Assembly: GCA_963784355.1 (NCBI GenBank)
Contig: CAWAQU010000007.1
Location: 1-64,000 of the forward strand
Reading direction: 5' to 3'
Origin: an uncultured bacterium
GTDB lineage: Bacteria > Patescibacteriota > JACMRA01
Length of the DNA stretch: 64,000 nt
In this document: positions 41,069 through 52,002 of the stretch, one piece after another
Layout: every line of letters begins with the position of its first letter
How positions within the stretch are numbered: position 1 is the first letter of the stretch
Program-made: the position numbers and the translations under genes
The notes under the pieces: generated by a model
What the model saw: the letters and a program-made list of their open reading frames with translations, nothing else
Told to the model about the DNA's origin: nothing
The model's database searches: none

Positions 41069-42448
41069 ATGTCTAATGAGTTATCCGTTATTGCCCCTCC
41101 ACATGATCTTGATGCTGAAAAAGCAATTCTTGGTTCTATACTTTTAAATGGTAAAATACTTGATGAAGTAGCCGATAAACTTAAACCTGCTTACTTTTAT
41201 GATGGTAGGCATACTATTATATATAATGCTATGCTCAGGCTGTGGTTTGAGCAGAAACCAATTGATATTATTTTCCTAAATGATGAGTTGAAAAATAGCG
41301 ACAAACAAGAGCAAAATGCAAAGATTGATAAAGATTTTTTGTTGGAATTAATTGCAAAAAGTTCACTATCCACAAACCCTGAGGCTACAAGTAGGATATT
41401 GAGAGAAAAGTATTTTTTACGTACTCTTGTAAGTGTTGGAGATGAGCTAAAACTACTTGCTACGAAAGACGCTACAGAGCCTCAAGAAATTTTAGATATT
41501 GCTCAAAGAAGACTTTATGAAATTAGCCTTGATAATATTGATAAAAATTTTGTTCCAATTAGAGAAATCTTGGGTGAGACTTTTGAAAGAATTCAGAATT
41601 TATCTGAAAATCAAATTGAATATCGAGGTATTCCAACCGGTTTTCTTGATCTTGATGCGATTTTAGGTGGCCTACACAATTCGGATTTAATTATATTTGC
41701 AGCCAGACCAAGTATGGGAAAAACTGCTTTTGCACTTGAGATTGCTCAAAGAGTGGCGGTGCGTGAGCAAACAGGAGTTGCTATTTTTAGCCTTGAAATG
41801 AGCAAAGATCAGCTTGTAGATAGAATCTTGTCTTCGGTTTCCGGTATTGAAATGAGAAAAATACGTACAAGTAGATTGGATGAAAATGGAGCTAATGATG
41901 AATTTGAAAAATTGGGTAATGCTATAAATATACTTAGTGAGGCGCCAATTTGGATTGATGATTCAGGTAGCTTAAATATATTAGAACTTAGAAGTAAAGT
42001 CAGAAGATTAAAATCTAGACACAATCTGGGATTGGTAGTAATTGACTATTTGCAGTTAATGAGTGGAAAAAGTGAAAGGTATAACGGAAATAGAGTCCAA
42101 GAAGTTTCGGATATTAGTCGTGGTTTAAAAATGCTTGCTAAAGAACTTGATATTCCAATTGTAGCATTGTCTCAACTTTCTAGAAGTGTAGAGGGTAGGG
42201 AAGATAAAAGGCCGATGCTTTCCGATCTTCGTGAATCAGGCTCCATTGAGCAAGATGCTGACGTAGTCATCTTTCTTCACCGCGAAGAAATGTATCATAG
42301 GGAAACTAAGAAAAAAGGAATTGCAGATATTTTAATCTCTAAGCATAGAAATGGTGAAGTCGGTGCAGTTGAGCTTGCTTGGGTACATCGCTTGGCTACT
42401 TTTGAAAATTTGCAGGGAGCTAGAGTATCATCTAAAATAAATCAATAA
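41069..42448 (+). CDS. dnaB: Replicative helicase DnaB
   Basis: AARPSMGKT, FSLEM, IDYLQLM, LSQLSR, DLRESGSIEQDAD. Confidence 0.97.
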   Translation: MSNELSVIAPPHDLDAEKAILGSILLNGKILDEVADKLKPAYFYDGRHTIIYNAMLRLWFEQKPIDIIFLNDELKNSDKQEQNAKIDKDFLLELIAKSSLSTNPEATSRILREKYFLRTLVSVGDELKLLATKDATEPQEILDIAQRRLYEISLDNIDKNFVPIREILGETFERIQNLSENQIEYRGIPTGFLDLDAILGGLHNSDLIIFAARPSMGKTAFALEIAQRVAVREQTGVAIFSLEMSKDQLVDRILSSVSGIEMRKIRTSRLDENGANDEFEKLGNAINILSEAPIWIDDSGSLNILELRSKVRRLKSRHNLGLVVIDYLQLMSGKSERYNGNRVQEVSDISRGLKMLAKELDIPIVALSQLSRSVEGREDKRPMLSDLRESGSIEQDADVVIFLHREEMYHRETKKKGIADILISKHRNGEVGAVELAWVHRLATFENLQGARVSSKINQ

Positions 42449-42455
42449 GAAGCTT

Positions 42456-43910
42456 ATGCATAAAAAACCCAGGATTTTTACAACCTTTTTGATATCCATT
42501 GGGGCAATTTCCATTATTTTATTATTTGTATTCTCCATCATCAGTGGTTTTGCCTACAGCAAATTTGATCAGTGTAAAAAAATTTTAGAACAAGTAAAGG
42601 TTGAGCTAGATTTGCCTGGCAATAGCTGTAATTTAAAATTAAATAATGCTAGTTTATACGAAGTCATTACAGATCCATATAATAATATTAAAAATAAGGA
42701 ACTTGAATATAATAGTCGGGTAAAAGTATTTGAAGACTCCAAACAAATACTTAAAACTAATCTTGATATAATCTCCACTTTAAATATTAAAATTGAAAAC
42801 CAAATCAATCCACATGTACCGCTTTATACAAAAGATGGTTATTTACAAGCTACAACAGAGACAAATCAGGATATAAAATTTTTGCAAAACAAAATAGAAA
42901 ATTATAAAAGCTTAATTGATAACAAGAACATTTTTTTAAAAACCAAAATTGATGAAGCTAAAGTCCAAAATGTAGATACAAGTAGATTTGAAATAGTGTA
43001 CAACAGTTTAAAACAATCTGATCTAACTTCAGTCGAAAATGCAAGTAAAATACATTTACTGGAACAAAACGTATTTGAATATACAAAGGAGATAAATAAA
43101 GAAATATTAATAAAAAACCCAAACTATATTAGCCAATTTACCGTTAACTTTCCAATTTTAACTTATCATCGGATTGAGGATTATGACAATCTGCCCAAAA
43201 GTCTTAAAAGTAATGCTAGAAGGGAAATTACTGTAAGTCCTAAAGATTTTACAGACCAGCTTGATCTACTCGCTCAAAAAGGCTATCAAACTGTAACCTT
43301 ACAAGATATAGAGCAGGCAGTAATAAATAAAAACGTCGAGTTTTTTGTAGGAAATAAAATAATGTTAACCTTTGATGATGGATATTCAGAGCACTACAAA
43401 ATAGTATTTCCTGAACTTAAAAAAAGAAATATGAAAGGAGTGTTTGGGATTGTACCAAATTTTAGAGGTATAGAGTGGTCACATATAAAAGAGATGAGTG
43501 ATAATGGAATGGAGATTGTTTCTCACACTATGTCTCATTGTCCTCTGGCTACATATAATTCTCTTGATAGAGCTAAAAATCCTGAAGGCGGAATCTATCA
43601 GGCATGTAGTAATAAATCCTATGGTGCTAAAGAAAAAATGATGCCTATAGAAGAAGTAAAATTTGAATTAGTGGAATCCAAAAAAATTCTTGAGGAAAAG
43701 TTAGGCAAGCCTGTGAAGTTTTTGATATATCCTTACGGAAGCTTTAACATACAAGTGGAAGAGATAGTACAAGCTTCAGGATACACCCTTGCACTCAGAG
43801 TCGGTACTGGTCCCAAAATAAATTTGATCAATCACTTTGAGCTGAGTAGAGTCAATGTGAGTGGTTTTAATAAAGGTCTAGAAGGCTGGTTTGCTGAAAT
43901 AAACAAGTAA
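42456..43910 (+). CDS. Membrane-anchored polysaccharide deacetylase (CE4) with coiled-coil stalk
   Basis: PILTYH, TFDDG, SHTMSH, YPYG. Confidence 0.9.
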   Translation: MHKKPRIFTTFLISIGAISIILLFVFSIISGFAYSKFDQCKKILEQVKVELDLPGNSCNLKLNNASLYEVITDPYNNIKNKELEYNSRVKVFEDSKQILKTNLDIISTLNIKIENQINPHVPLYTKDGYLQATTETNQDIKFLQNKIENYKSLIDNKNIFLKTKIDEAKVQNVDTSRFEIVYNSLKQSDLTSVENASKIHLLEQNVFEYTKEINKEILIKNPNYISQFTVNFPILTYHRIEDYDNLPKSLKSNARREITVSPKDFTDQLDLLAQKGYQTVTLQDIEQAVINKNVEFFVGNKIMLTFDDGYSEHYKIVFPELKKRNMKGVFGIVPNFRGIEWSHIKEMSDNGMEIVSHTMSHCPLATYNSLDRAKNPEGGIYQACSNKSYGAKEKMMPIEEVKFELVESKKILEEKLGKPVKFLIYPYGSFNIQVEEIVQASGYTLALRVGTGPKINLINHFELSRVNVSGFNKGLEGWFAEINK

Positions 43911-44019
43911 GAATCCTGCTAAAAACTTATTTTTTTGATATCATAATAAAGTTATAACTTGACAAAACTGATTAAAATTTTAAATATTACAAGTAACAAT
44001 TCTAATTTCCGATTACCTT

Positions 44020-44151
44020 ATGATTGCAACCTACCAACCTAAAAAGAGGCAAAGAAGAAGAAAGTGTGGTTTTTTAGTTAGAAACCGCAAGGCTCCTGAT
44101 ATCTTAAAAAGGAGAAGAAATAAGGGTAGATGGAAGCTAGTAACTGTTTAA
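44020..44151 (+). CDS. rpmH: 50S ribosomal protein L34 (not in the ORF track)
   Basis: MIATYQPKKRQRRRKCGFLVRNRKAPDILKRRRNKGRWKLVTV, directly upstream of rnpA. Confidence 0.93.
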   Translation: MIATYQPKKRQRRRKCGFLVRNRKAPDILKRRRNKGRWKLVTV

Positions 44152-44180
44152 TTGACAGCGTTAAATTTTTCAATTATAAT
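44152..44180 (+). promoter_or_regulatory. Consensus sigma70 promoter directly before rnpA
   Basis: TTGACA-17 bp-TATAAT. Confidence 0.65.
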
Positions 44181-44189
44181 TGACTTAAT

Positions 44190-44567
44190 GTGCTCCCAAA
44201 GCTTTGGAGGTTAATTAAAGAAAAAGATATAAAAGATACTTATTACAGTAAGCTCAGAAGTAATAGTAAGTATAGTCAAATTTATTTAAAAAAAAGTAAA
44301 TTAACTAACTTTGAATTACTAGTAGTAGTATCAAAAAAAATCTATAAAAAAGCTAACAAGAGAAACAGAATAAAAAGAAAAATATATGCTATTTTTGAGG
44401 AATTAAAAACTCAAGATAGATTGCCTAGCAGTGTAGCATGTATTATTCAGGTAAAAAACAAAAACATATTGTTTCAACAAAAAGAAGAAATAAAAACAGA
44501 TATTTTACCAAATGTTTCAATCTTGTATAAAAAATTAATTACCAAAGTTCACACAGCACGTAATTAA
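44190..44567 (+). CDS. rnpA: RNase P protein
   Basis: VVSKKIYKKANKRNRIKR (RNR motif); follows rpmH. Confidence 0.9.
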   Translation: MLPKLWRLIKEKDIKDTYYSKLRSNSKYSQIYLKKSKLTNFELLVVVSKKIYKKANKRNRIKRKIYAIFEELKTQDRLPSSVACIIQVKNKNILFQQKEEIKTDILPNVSILYKKLITKVHTARN

Positions 44568-44696
44568 AATTGTATTATGCATTATATTTACTTGTTATTA
44601 GGATTGATTGTATCAATACCGGTTTCAAACATTTGTACAGAACTTACAGCAGTAAAAAAAAGATCAAACAAAAACAATAATTAAAAATTAAGTTTC

Positions 44697-44771
44697 GCCG
44701 AAGTAGCTCAGTGGTAGAGCAGTGGCCTGAAGAGCCTCGTGTCGTCAGTCCGATTCTGACCTTCGGCACCA
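44697..44771 (+). tRNA. tRNA-Phe(GAA)
   Basis: GCCGAAG...CTTCGGC-A-CCA, anticodon GAA. Confidence 0.92.
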
Positions 44772-45034
44772 TGATATTCTATTGACATATTCAAACAAAA
44801 ATCTCAAGCTTAGTTTAAATTAAACTCTCATTTATCAGTAGTGTAAGTATTTTTAGTATTGTTTTTTGTAGCTATTTTAGCTTAACATGGAATTACTAGT
44901 AAATTTAAAATTTAAAAGTTTTTATTAGTTTAAGTAGAAGCCAATATTTCAAATTAAATCAATCAAACCTAATAATCGGTTTATTTTGAAATGCTGACTT
45001 AAGCAATTATTCCTAAATTTATAATTAATTTATT

Positions 45035-47056
45035 ATGATAAAGAAATTTCGTGCCCCAAATTCAGGCACACCAGATAACAGACAAGATAGTAATCCTCAA
45101 GGATCTACAAAAAGACCTTCTAGAAACTATGCAGGAAGAAGTAACTCTTCCCAACCTAGACGTAATACTACTCCAAAAACTAGTGCAATGGCAAGTGACA
45201 GACCTCACTATGTTGTAAAAAAACATGTAGTTGACCGAGATGAGGGAATTCCAAAAAATTTACCTCCCAGAAGAAGTAATCAAATATCTGATGTGGTAAA
45301 AAAAGGTAATTTAGCTCAAGGCTCAGTTAGCCCAATTTTCAATAGCGGGCCACTTTTAAAAACAAACGCGCCTTTGGCATACGAGGGTAAAGAAGTCGTT
45401 AGAATAATACCTTTGGGTGGAGTTAGTGAGGTTGGAATGAATATGACTGCTCTTGAATGTGGAGAAGATATTGTAGTAATAGACACTGGTATGGGATTTG
45501 GTGGTGGAGAAAAATTCCCGGGTGTAGATTATATTATACCAGATACTGCCTACTTAGAGCAAAACAGGCATAAGATTAGAGGTATAATTTTTACTCATGG
45601 ACATTTGGACCATATCGGTGCAGCTCCGTATATTTTACCTAAACTTGGTCCTGTCCCTATTTTCGGAATGCCTTTAACTCTAGCTCTATTGAAAAATAGA
45701 CTACAAGATTTTGAATTGCAAGATAAATTTATTGCTAAAGTTATTGATGTAAATAAAAGTCTTAGACTTGGTGCATTTAATTTTAACTTTTTTAGATTAA
45801 ATCATTCAATTCCTGATGTAATTGGACTTGATATTGAAACCCCAATGGGTAGAATAGCTTATTGTACCGACTGGAAATTTGATAATACACCAATGGATGG
45901 TCATTTAAGTGACTACGGAAAATTATCTAGAATGGGTGATGAAGGGGTAAGACTTTTACTAACTGATTCATTGGGTGTTTTAAAACCTGGTTACCAGATA
46001 TCTGAAAGAGAAATCGGGCGTAACGTAAGTAAAATTTTTGGTGAATGTGAAGGTAGAGTAATATTCACTACATTTGCCTCAAGTATAGTTAGGGCGCAGC
46101 ATGTAATTGACGCTTGTATCAAGTACAATAGAAAATTGGCACTTGCTGGTAGATCGATGGTTGCAAATTTCACTGCATGTATAGAGCTTGGCTACCTTAA
46201 AGTACCAGGAGGCTTAGTAATGGATGTTAAAGAAATCAGTAAATTACCGGACAATCAAGTTACTATATTGGCAACTGGATCACAAGGAGAAGATATGGCT
46301 TCTGTCAGTCGAATGGCTAGAGATGAACATCCTTTGATTAGATTGCAAGGTGGTGACTCTGTTATATTTTCAAGTAGTCCTATTCCAGGAAATGAAGATG
46401 CAGTACAAGATTTAGTTTCTAAATTATCTAGAAAAGGTGTAATTGTATACAGAAATAAAGAGTTTGATTTGCATGTATCAGGGCATGCCTGTCAGGAAGA
46501 TTTGAAATTACTGTTTGCTCTTACAAGACCTGATCATTTACAGCCTATTCATGGAGATCACTATATGCTTAGAAGAGTAGGGGAACTAGGTGCTACTTTA
46601 GGTATTCCTTTCGATCATTGTTTAATTGGTGAAAACGGTAGGATTACAGAATTAAGAGCAAATGAAGTAGTACTCACTGATGAAGTAATCACAGATAACT
46701 ATTTGTTAGTTGATGGAGTTAGTGTAGGTTCAGTTTCAGAAGTTGTATTGGAAGAGAGAAGGCAGATGTCTACTCAAGGTTCGGTAATTTTGGTAGTGCT
46801 TCTAAATAAACAGAAAAAAATGGTAGCAGGGCCTGAAATTATCAGTAGAGGATTTGTGTACGTGAAAAACAGTGGAGAGTTGTATGATGAAATTAAAGAG
46901 ATTGTTAGAAGAAAATTTGATGCTCTAACTTTAGATCCTCATTCTCCTACTTACTTTTCAGATTTAAGAACTAGTTTGAAAAAAATGGTTAGCGAACAAA
47001 TTTACGCAAAGACTGAAAAAGATCCAATGGTAATTCCCGTTGTAGTGCAGATATAA
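45035..47056 (+). CDS. rnj: Ribonuclease J with disordered N-terminal extension
   Basis: PLGG.SEVGMNM, THGHLDHIG, HSIPD, GSQGE, HVSGHA, PIHG. Confidence 0.95.
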   Translation: MIKKFRAPNSGTPDNRQDSNPQGSTKRPSRNYAGRSNSSQPRRNTTPKTSAMASDRPHYVVKKHVVDRDEGIPKNLPPRRSNQISDVVKKGNLAQGSVSPIFNSGPLLKTNAPLAYEGKEVVRIIPLGGVSEVGMNMTALECGEDIVVIDTGMGFGGGEKFPGVDYIIPDTAYLEQNRHKIRGIIFTHGHLDHIGAAPYILPKLGPVPIFGMPLTLALLKNRLQDFELQDKFIAKVIDVNKSLRLGAFNFNFFRLNHSIPDVIGLDIETPMGRIAYCTDWKFDNTPMDGHLSDYGKLSRMGDEGVRLLLTDSLGVLKPGYQISEREIGRNVSKIFGECEGRVIFTTFASSIVRAQHVIDACIKYNRKLALAGRSMVANFTACIELGYLKVPGGLVMDVKEISKLPDNQVTILATGSQGEDMASVSRMARDEHPLIRLQGGDSVIFSSSPIPGNEDAVQDLVSKLSRKGVIVYRNKEFDLHVSGHACQEDLKLLFALTRPDHLQPIHGDHYMLRRVGELGATLGIPFDHCLIGENGRITELRANEVVLTDEVITDNYLLVDGVSVGSVSEVVLEERRQMSTQGSVILVVLLNKQKKMVAGPEIISRGFVYVKNSGELYDEIKEIVRRKFDALTLDPHSPTYFSDLRTSLKKMVSEQIYAKTEKDPMVIPVVVQI

Positions 47057-47115
47057 TTTTGCTGTTAATTTGTTAATAATCTTCTTATCGGTCCGAATAA
47101 GATCAATCAATAAAT

Positions 47116-47916
47116 ATGATAGGTTTCTATGATAGCGGAATTGGTGGTGTTTCAATTTTAGATGAAGTTCTAAAAATAAACTCCAAGATCCCTTTTATTT
47201 ATTTAGCTGATACTGAGGTTTTGCCACTAGGGGACAAGACTATTAATTTTATCCAAGATAGAATAAAACTAGCCTGTGAAAAGCTGTTTAGTTTGGGTTG
47301 TGAGATAGTAATTTTATCCTGCAATACTGCAAGTGTGAATTCTATTCGACATATTCAAAATGTGTGGCTACCGAATAATTATCCAAAGAGGCAGGTATTA
47401 AGTATTACCAAGCCATTTACAGAGTTAGTTGAAGAAAAATTCAAACATCTAAAATTAGAGAGGGGTTTAATTTTTGCAACTCAAGCTACTTATAATAGCG
47501 GATTTTATCAATATGAGTTTTTGAAAAATGGCTTTTCCGGGCTTGAACACATACCTTGTCCGGGATTAGCTGATGCTATAGAGAAGGAAAGTATTGTGGA
47601 AGTTAGAAAACTCATTCAAGAATATATGTACAAGTATTCTATACAGGTAGATAAAATTAAGTATATTTTGTTAGCTTGTACGCATTATAAGTGGATAACG
47701 CCTGAAATTCAAAAAAATTTTAAAAATGCAAGTATAATTGAACCAAGTAAAACCTGTGCCGAAAAGATTATAAGTTACATTAATCACCACCCGGAATATG
47801 TAATTTCAAACAATCTAGAATCACAGTTTTTAGTGACAGGTGAAAATAATAGCCTGAGTAAAATATCAAGTAAGCTAAACTATAATTTTGCAATAAACAA
47901 GATTAAAATAATTTAA
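47116..47916 (+). CDS. murI: Glutamate racemase
   Basis: DSGIGG, CNTAS, LACTHY. Confidence 0.93.
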   Translation: MIGFYDSGIGGVSILDEVLKINSKIPFIYLADTEVLPLGDKTINFIQDRIKLACEKLFSLGCEIVILSCNTASVNSIRHIQNVWLPNNYPKRQVLSITKPFTELVEEKFKHLKLERGLIFATQATYNSGFYQYEFLKNGFSGLEHIPCPGLADAIEKESIVEVRKLIQEYMYKYSIQVDKIKYILLACTHYKWITPEIQKNFKNASIIEPSKTCAEKIISYINHHPEYVISNNLESQFLVTGENNSLSKISSKLNYNFAINKIKII

Positions 47917-48062
47917 ACTTGCCAGCATTTAGGTTTTAAAAATTTTAGCAAATACTGAGATGAATAAAAATGCTAGAATTTTGGTATATTAGTCTTGTTC
48001 AAAGCTTTTTGACATACCCATTTAAATAGAGTATAATAATAGTAACAAAAATAAAAATAGAT

Positions 48063-49466
48063 ATGAAATCCAGATATTCTTGGTTTGAAAAAATGTTAGT
48101 AGTTGTATGGCTTTTTGGTACAGTTTTCCTGTTTTCCGGAATTGCTTCTTCAACGACTGGTGTAAAAAGAGGTATAGATGCCGAATTAGGTCTATTGGTA
48201 GCTCCAATCACTGAAGGCAGTAAATATTTACAAAGTCAACTTAAGAAAGCTCTTGTAGACCCAATTGAAGCAGAGGCTTTTTTTGGAGGGCCGGTTTATG
48301 TTATTGGATCATTTGAGGCTATTGTTAAGGGTATTATTAAAGCATTTTTCAAAAAATTTTTAGGAAATATTCTGGATAAAATGTTTCAAATATTTGATAA
48401 TATAATCTCTTTTTTAGAGAGCTGGGCTAACATATTTAAAAACCTATCAAGTTATTTAAGTGGGTATAGAGCGGCCATGGCTTTTGAAGCATTTGCATCT
48501 CTGCAGGTAAATCAAGAGAGATCAAGAGATTTTATTACTAGATTTACTGGGGAGGGAGCTGAAGAGACCGATGAGTTATTTTTTCTAAGTCAAGACGATT
48601 TTAGTATTGCTAGTGATGCAGTTGCTTGGCTAGATTTTGTGACTATTTTAAAAGCTTTAAATATTGGTGTAATATCAGACTTTATACGTAGTATTATAGG
48701 ATACGGACCGGATGAATTCAATGACATAAAGTACAATTTAGTTAATATAGCTTTAGGTGCAAGATGTAATGATTACGCTTCAGTAAATACTGTATTCACA
48801 GGTGAGCTTTTTGGAGTTAGTAACGGTTGTATAACGGAAAACGGCTCAGGACTTATGTATATGCTTGATGAAAGAGCTGAACAGGCTAAAGAAGAAGCAA
48901 ACGCAGTGCTAGCACAAAAAACGGCTCAGGAGCCTGCCAATTGTCAAGGTGTAGGATATGTAGCAGAAGTTGATGACAGTGGTGCTGTAACTAAAAGAGG
49001 AAATGAGGTACAGATTGGATTAACTTATGCTACCTCTTCAAACAGGGGTGAGTTATCTGACAAACTTGAGCAAATTGGTAAAAGAGTGAAGGCTCAGCCA
49101 TTATTGCCGGAAGAGTGTAAATATACTGAAGTAAAATGGCAATACGAGCTTGAATCTATTGACAATTCGGATAAAGGAACTAGTGGAGGTGATAATATAG
49201 GTGACTTTGTTTTAGATACAGTTAAAAGCACAATAAATAATAAATTAACCAATATTTATCAAAGAATTACCAACTCAATTAATTTAATTATTAATTCTAT
49301 AAATGCTATGGCAGATGCTAATTTAGAAATTTTAGCTACTATATTCACAATTACCACAGCATATAGATCTGATATAGCTGTAACTCTTGATGAAGCAGTA
49401 AAAAACCTTAGAGATAACAGAACTGATATTGTGGATGAGACAGAAGAATTGGAAGGTAGCGCTTAG
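48063..49466 (+). CDS. Hypothetical exported helical protein
   Basis: N-terminal hydrophobic segment, acidic, four Cys. Confidence 0.6.
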   Translation: MKSRYSWFEKMLVVVWLFGTVFLFSGIASSTTGVKRGIDAELGLLVAPITEGSKYLQSQLKKALVDPIEAEAFFGGPVYVIGSFEAIVKGIIKAFFKKFLGNILDKMFQIFDNIISFLESWANIFKNLSSYLSGYRAAMAFEAFASLQVNQERSRDFITRFTGEGAEETDELFFLSQDDFSIASDAVAWLDFVTILKALNIGVISDFIRSIIGYGPDEFNDIKYNLVNIALGARCNDYASVNTVFTGELFGVSNGCITENGSGLMYMLDERAEQAKEEANAVLAQKTAQEPANCQGVGYVAEVDDSGAVTKRGNEVQIGLTYATSSNRGELSDKLEQIGKRVKAQPLLPEECKYTEVKWQYELESIDNSDKGTSGGDNIGDFVLDTVKSTINNKLTNIYQRITNSINLIINSINAMADANLEILATIFTITTAYRSDIAVTLDEAVKNLRDNRTDIVDETEELEGSA

Positions 49467-49512
49467 TGCCTTGACAATAAATATTTGTATGTTTATTCTT
49501 TAGATCAGTTAG

Positions 49513-49588
49513 GCCAAATTAGCTCATCTGGTAGAGCAACGGTTTTGTAAACCGTAGGTGGTCGGTTCGAGTCCGACATTTGGCTCCA
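49513..49588 (+). tRNA. tRNA-Thr(UGU)
   Basis: GCCAAAT...ATTTGGC-T-CCA, anticodon TGT. Confidence 0.95.
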
Positions 49589-49655
49589 TTTTTTTGGCTG
49601 ATTTTAAATAATTTTGTTTACAAAAAGAAATAATTTCGTCAAAATAAAAACAAAT

Positions 49656-50771
49656 ATGAAAAATAGTTTATTCCAAAAATTAAGTTCTAAATTAAATTCC
49701 TTACAAAATCTTTCTCAAAATCAAAAAAAGATACTTGCTTTTTTAGTTTCTTTTTTAGTTTTGGGATTATTTTTATTTGGTTATAATTGGTTTACAAATC
49801 CAGGATTTAAGTACAATTTTATTCCTGATAATAGACCTGATTCCAGTACTAAGGCCGGTGCCAATGCTAACGTTAAAAAGGCGACTACTGATTTAACAAA
49901 TGTTTTGAGTAACGTGAATCCTGAAAACTTAATTTATGAAAAAGTTAAGTTTAAAGACTTGCCTATTTACCCAAAAGCTTGGGTTGAAAAAAATTTTACT
50001 CCACAAGAACAATTAAATGCCCTAGTATCAGGCCCCAGTGGCGATGCTGATAGTGATGGGCTGAATAACAAACAGGAATATCTCTATGGCTCAAATCCGA
50101 AAAATAAAGACTCTCTTTGTAATGGTAAAATAGATAATAACAGTTGCTTTGGGAGGACAGACAAGCAAAATATTGATATGGGAATAAGCCCACTTACAGG
50201 TTTTGAACTAGAATCGCCAACTGAAATTAAAGTGAAAAAACAAGATCTTTTGGTAGTTGATAAATTGCAAGATACTTTTAATACCGCTACTAAAGAGGGT
50301 GTAGATTTTGTTACTCTTTACCAACTTTCTAAAACGATTGATCTTTCGGATAAAATGAATGAGATCAAAGTGGTGGAAGTACAAGAAAATACAAATAGTA
50401 TGATTGCTTATCAAGAAGCTAGGGTAAATTTACTTAAAGATAGTGCAAGTGACGATGACTTTTCTAACTTTGTTAAGCTTTACCAGTTATCTACTCTAGA
50501 TGAGTTAAATAAAGAAAGTCAGAAATACAGAGATTTTAAAGAAAGACTTGCTGTAATGCCTGTACCAAAAAGGTATGTTCCAAGCCATAAAGCTTATATT
50601 ATGTTTTTTGATAAAATGATTGAGCTTACTGAACATAGGAAAACTGAACTTGGAAAAGAAAAATTTAGTGATGAATTTAGAAATAAAAGTAAAACTTTAG
50701 CTACAGAAGCTGTCTGGGCCTATAAAAAACTAAATACTGAGTTATCATTTATTGAACAAAGCAAAAATTAG
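49656..50771 (+). CDS. Membrane-anchored protein with a thrombospondin type 3-like Ca-binding repeat
   Basis: TM, then DADSDGLNNKQEYLYGSNP..KDS. Confidence 0.65.
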   Translation: MKNSLFQKLSSKLNSLQNLSQNQKKILAFLVSFLVLGLFLFGYNWFTNPGFKYNFIPDNRPDSSTKAGANANVKKATTDLTNVLSNVNPENLIYEKVKFKDLPIYPKAWVEKNFTPQEQLNALVSGPSGDADSDGLNNKQEYLYGSNPKNKDSLCNGKIDNNSCFGRTDKQNIDMGISPLTGFELESPTEIKVKKQDLLVVDKLQDTFNTATKEGVDFVTLYQLSKTIDLSDKMNEIKVVEVQENTNSMIAYQEARVNLLKDSASDDDFSNFVKLYQLSTLDELNKESQKYRDFKERLAVMPVPKRYVPSHKAYIMFFDKMIELTEHRKTELGKEKFSDEFRNKSKTLATEAVWAYKKLNTELSFIEQSKN

Positions 50772-50845
50772 CAATCTAGCCCTTTGCTTGACAAAAATTT
50801 AGCAATGATCTATTTTTACCTAAACCAAATTTAAATTTAATAAAT

Positions 50846-51430
50846 ATGCCTTTAGTACCAATGGTAATAAAAAGATCGTTTGAGGGAGAGAGATCAATGG
50901 ATTTGTATTCTCGTTTGTTAGACGAAAGAATTGTAATGTTGTCTGAACCAATTGATGATGTGCTAGCAAGTATTGTTACAGCACAGTTATTGTATTTACA
51001 AAGTGAAGATTCAACAAAAGATATCACAATGTACATAAATAGCCCAGGAGGTAGTATTATTTCAATGTGGTCAATTATTGATACAATGAATTTGATTAAG
51101 CCCAGCGTATCTACAGTATGTGTGGGAATTGCGGCTTCAGCTGCTAGCTTAATCCTGGCAAATGGCACAAAAGGTAAAAGATTAATATTACCTCATGCAG
51201 AAGTGATGATACATCAGCCTTTGATCTCAGGTGGACTTTCCGGACAAGCCAGTGATATTGAAATTCACACAAAGCAGTTGATCCGCACAAAAAATGATTT
51301 ACACCAATTTATGGCTGATAAAACCGGACAGAGTGTGAAAAAAATTGAGAAAGATATGGATAGGGATTACTATTTAAGTGCCCAGGAATCAATAGAATAT
51401 GGTATAGTGGACAAAATTATTGGAATATAA
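50846..51430 (+). CDS. clpP: ClpP protease
   Basis: DLYSRLL.ERI, YINSPGG, AASAAS, MIHQP, MDRD. Confidence 0.97.
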   Translation: MPLVPMVIKRSFEGERSMDLYSRLLDERIVMLSEPIDDVLASIVTAQLLYLQSEDSTKDITMYINSPGGSIISMWSIIDTMNLIKPSVSTVCVGIAASAASLILANGTKGKRLILPHAEVMIHQPLISGGLSGQASDIEIHTKQLIRTKNDLHQFMADKTGQSVKKIEKDMDRDYYLSAQESIEYGIVDKIIGI

Positions 51431-51442
51431 AAGTATTTAAAA

Positions 51443-51799
51443 GTGAAACTTAATACAAAAAAAATATTTCAATTTCTTGTTGAATTTTTATTAATCCCTT
51501 GGATATGGATCCTGGGGGGTTATTTGGTGATTTTGGTTTTTTTTATTTTCTATATAAATTTAGAAAAGTACAGTGATGTTTCATTAGAAGTTGCAAATAA
51601 ATTAGAACAAGGATTGCAAATTAGTCAGGTAATGCAGATTTTTGCAGTTTTGTTGTTTGTAAATTATACTGTAAGTTTTTTTGTGAGCGATAAATATCCT
51701 AGAATAAGAAATATCTTTTTTCTAGCGAGCCTTTTTTTACTTTTTGAATTACTACTTTTTGTCTGGCCTCATTTCCAAGCAGGATTTTTGCAAACTTGA
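51443..51799 (+). CDS. Hypothetical 3-TM membrane protein
   Basis: Three hydrophobic segments. Confidence 0.55.
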   Translation: MKLNTKKIFQFLVEFLLIPWIWILGGYLVILVFFIFYINLEKYSDVSLEVANKLEQGLQISQVMQIFAVLLFVNYTVSFFVSDKYPRIRNIFFLASLFLLFELLLFVWPHFQAGFLQT

Positions 51800-51845
51800 C
51801 ATTTAGCTTAAATAGAGATTTGTTTGGTATAGTTTTTATCTACAT

Positions 51846-51922
51846 GTGCCCGTAGCTCAGTGGATTAGAGTAGCTGGCTTCGAACCAGTTGGTCGGGGGT
51901 TCGAGCCCCTCCGGGCACACCA
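51846..51922 (+). tRNA. tRNA-Arg(UCG)
   Basis: GTGCCCG...CGGGCAC-A-CCA, anticodon TCG. Confidence 0.95.
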
Positions 51923-52002
51923 CAAGAGACTAAAAAATCCCAAATTCCTTTATAATACCACAATTACTGAAGAAAATCGCGGTACATAAACTTTAATATC
52001 GG

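Noticed and set aside
43911-44020. oriC next to rpmH
   Set aside because: No dnaA adjacent and no TTATCCACA box cluster seen
44577-44684. 35-aa ORF MHYIYLLLGLIVSIPVS... after rnpA (yidD position)
   Set aside because: No YidD Cys motifs; too short to support
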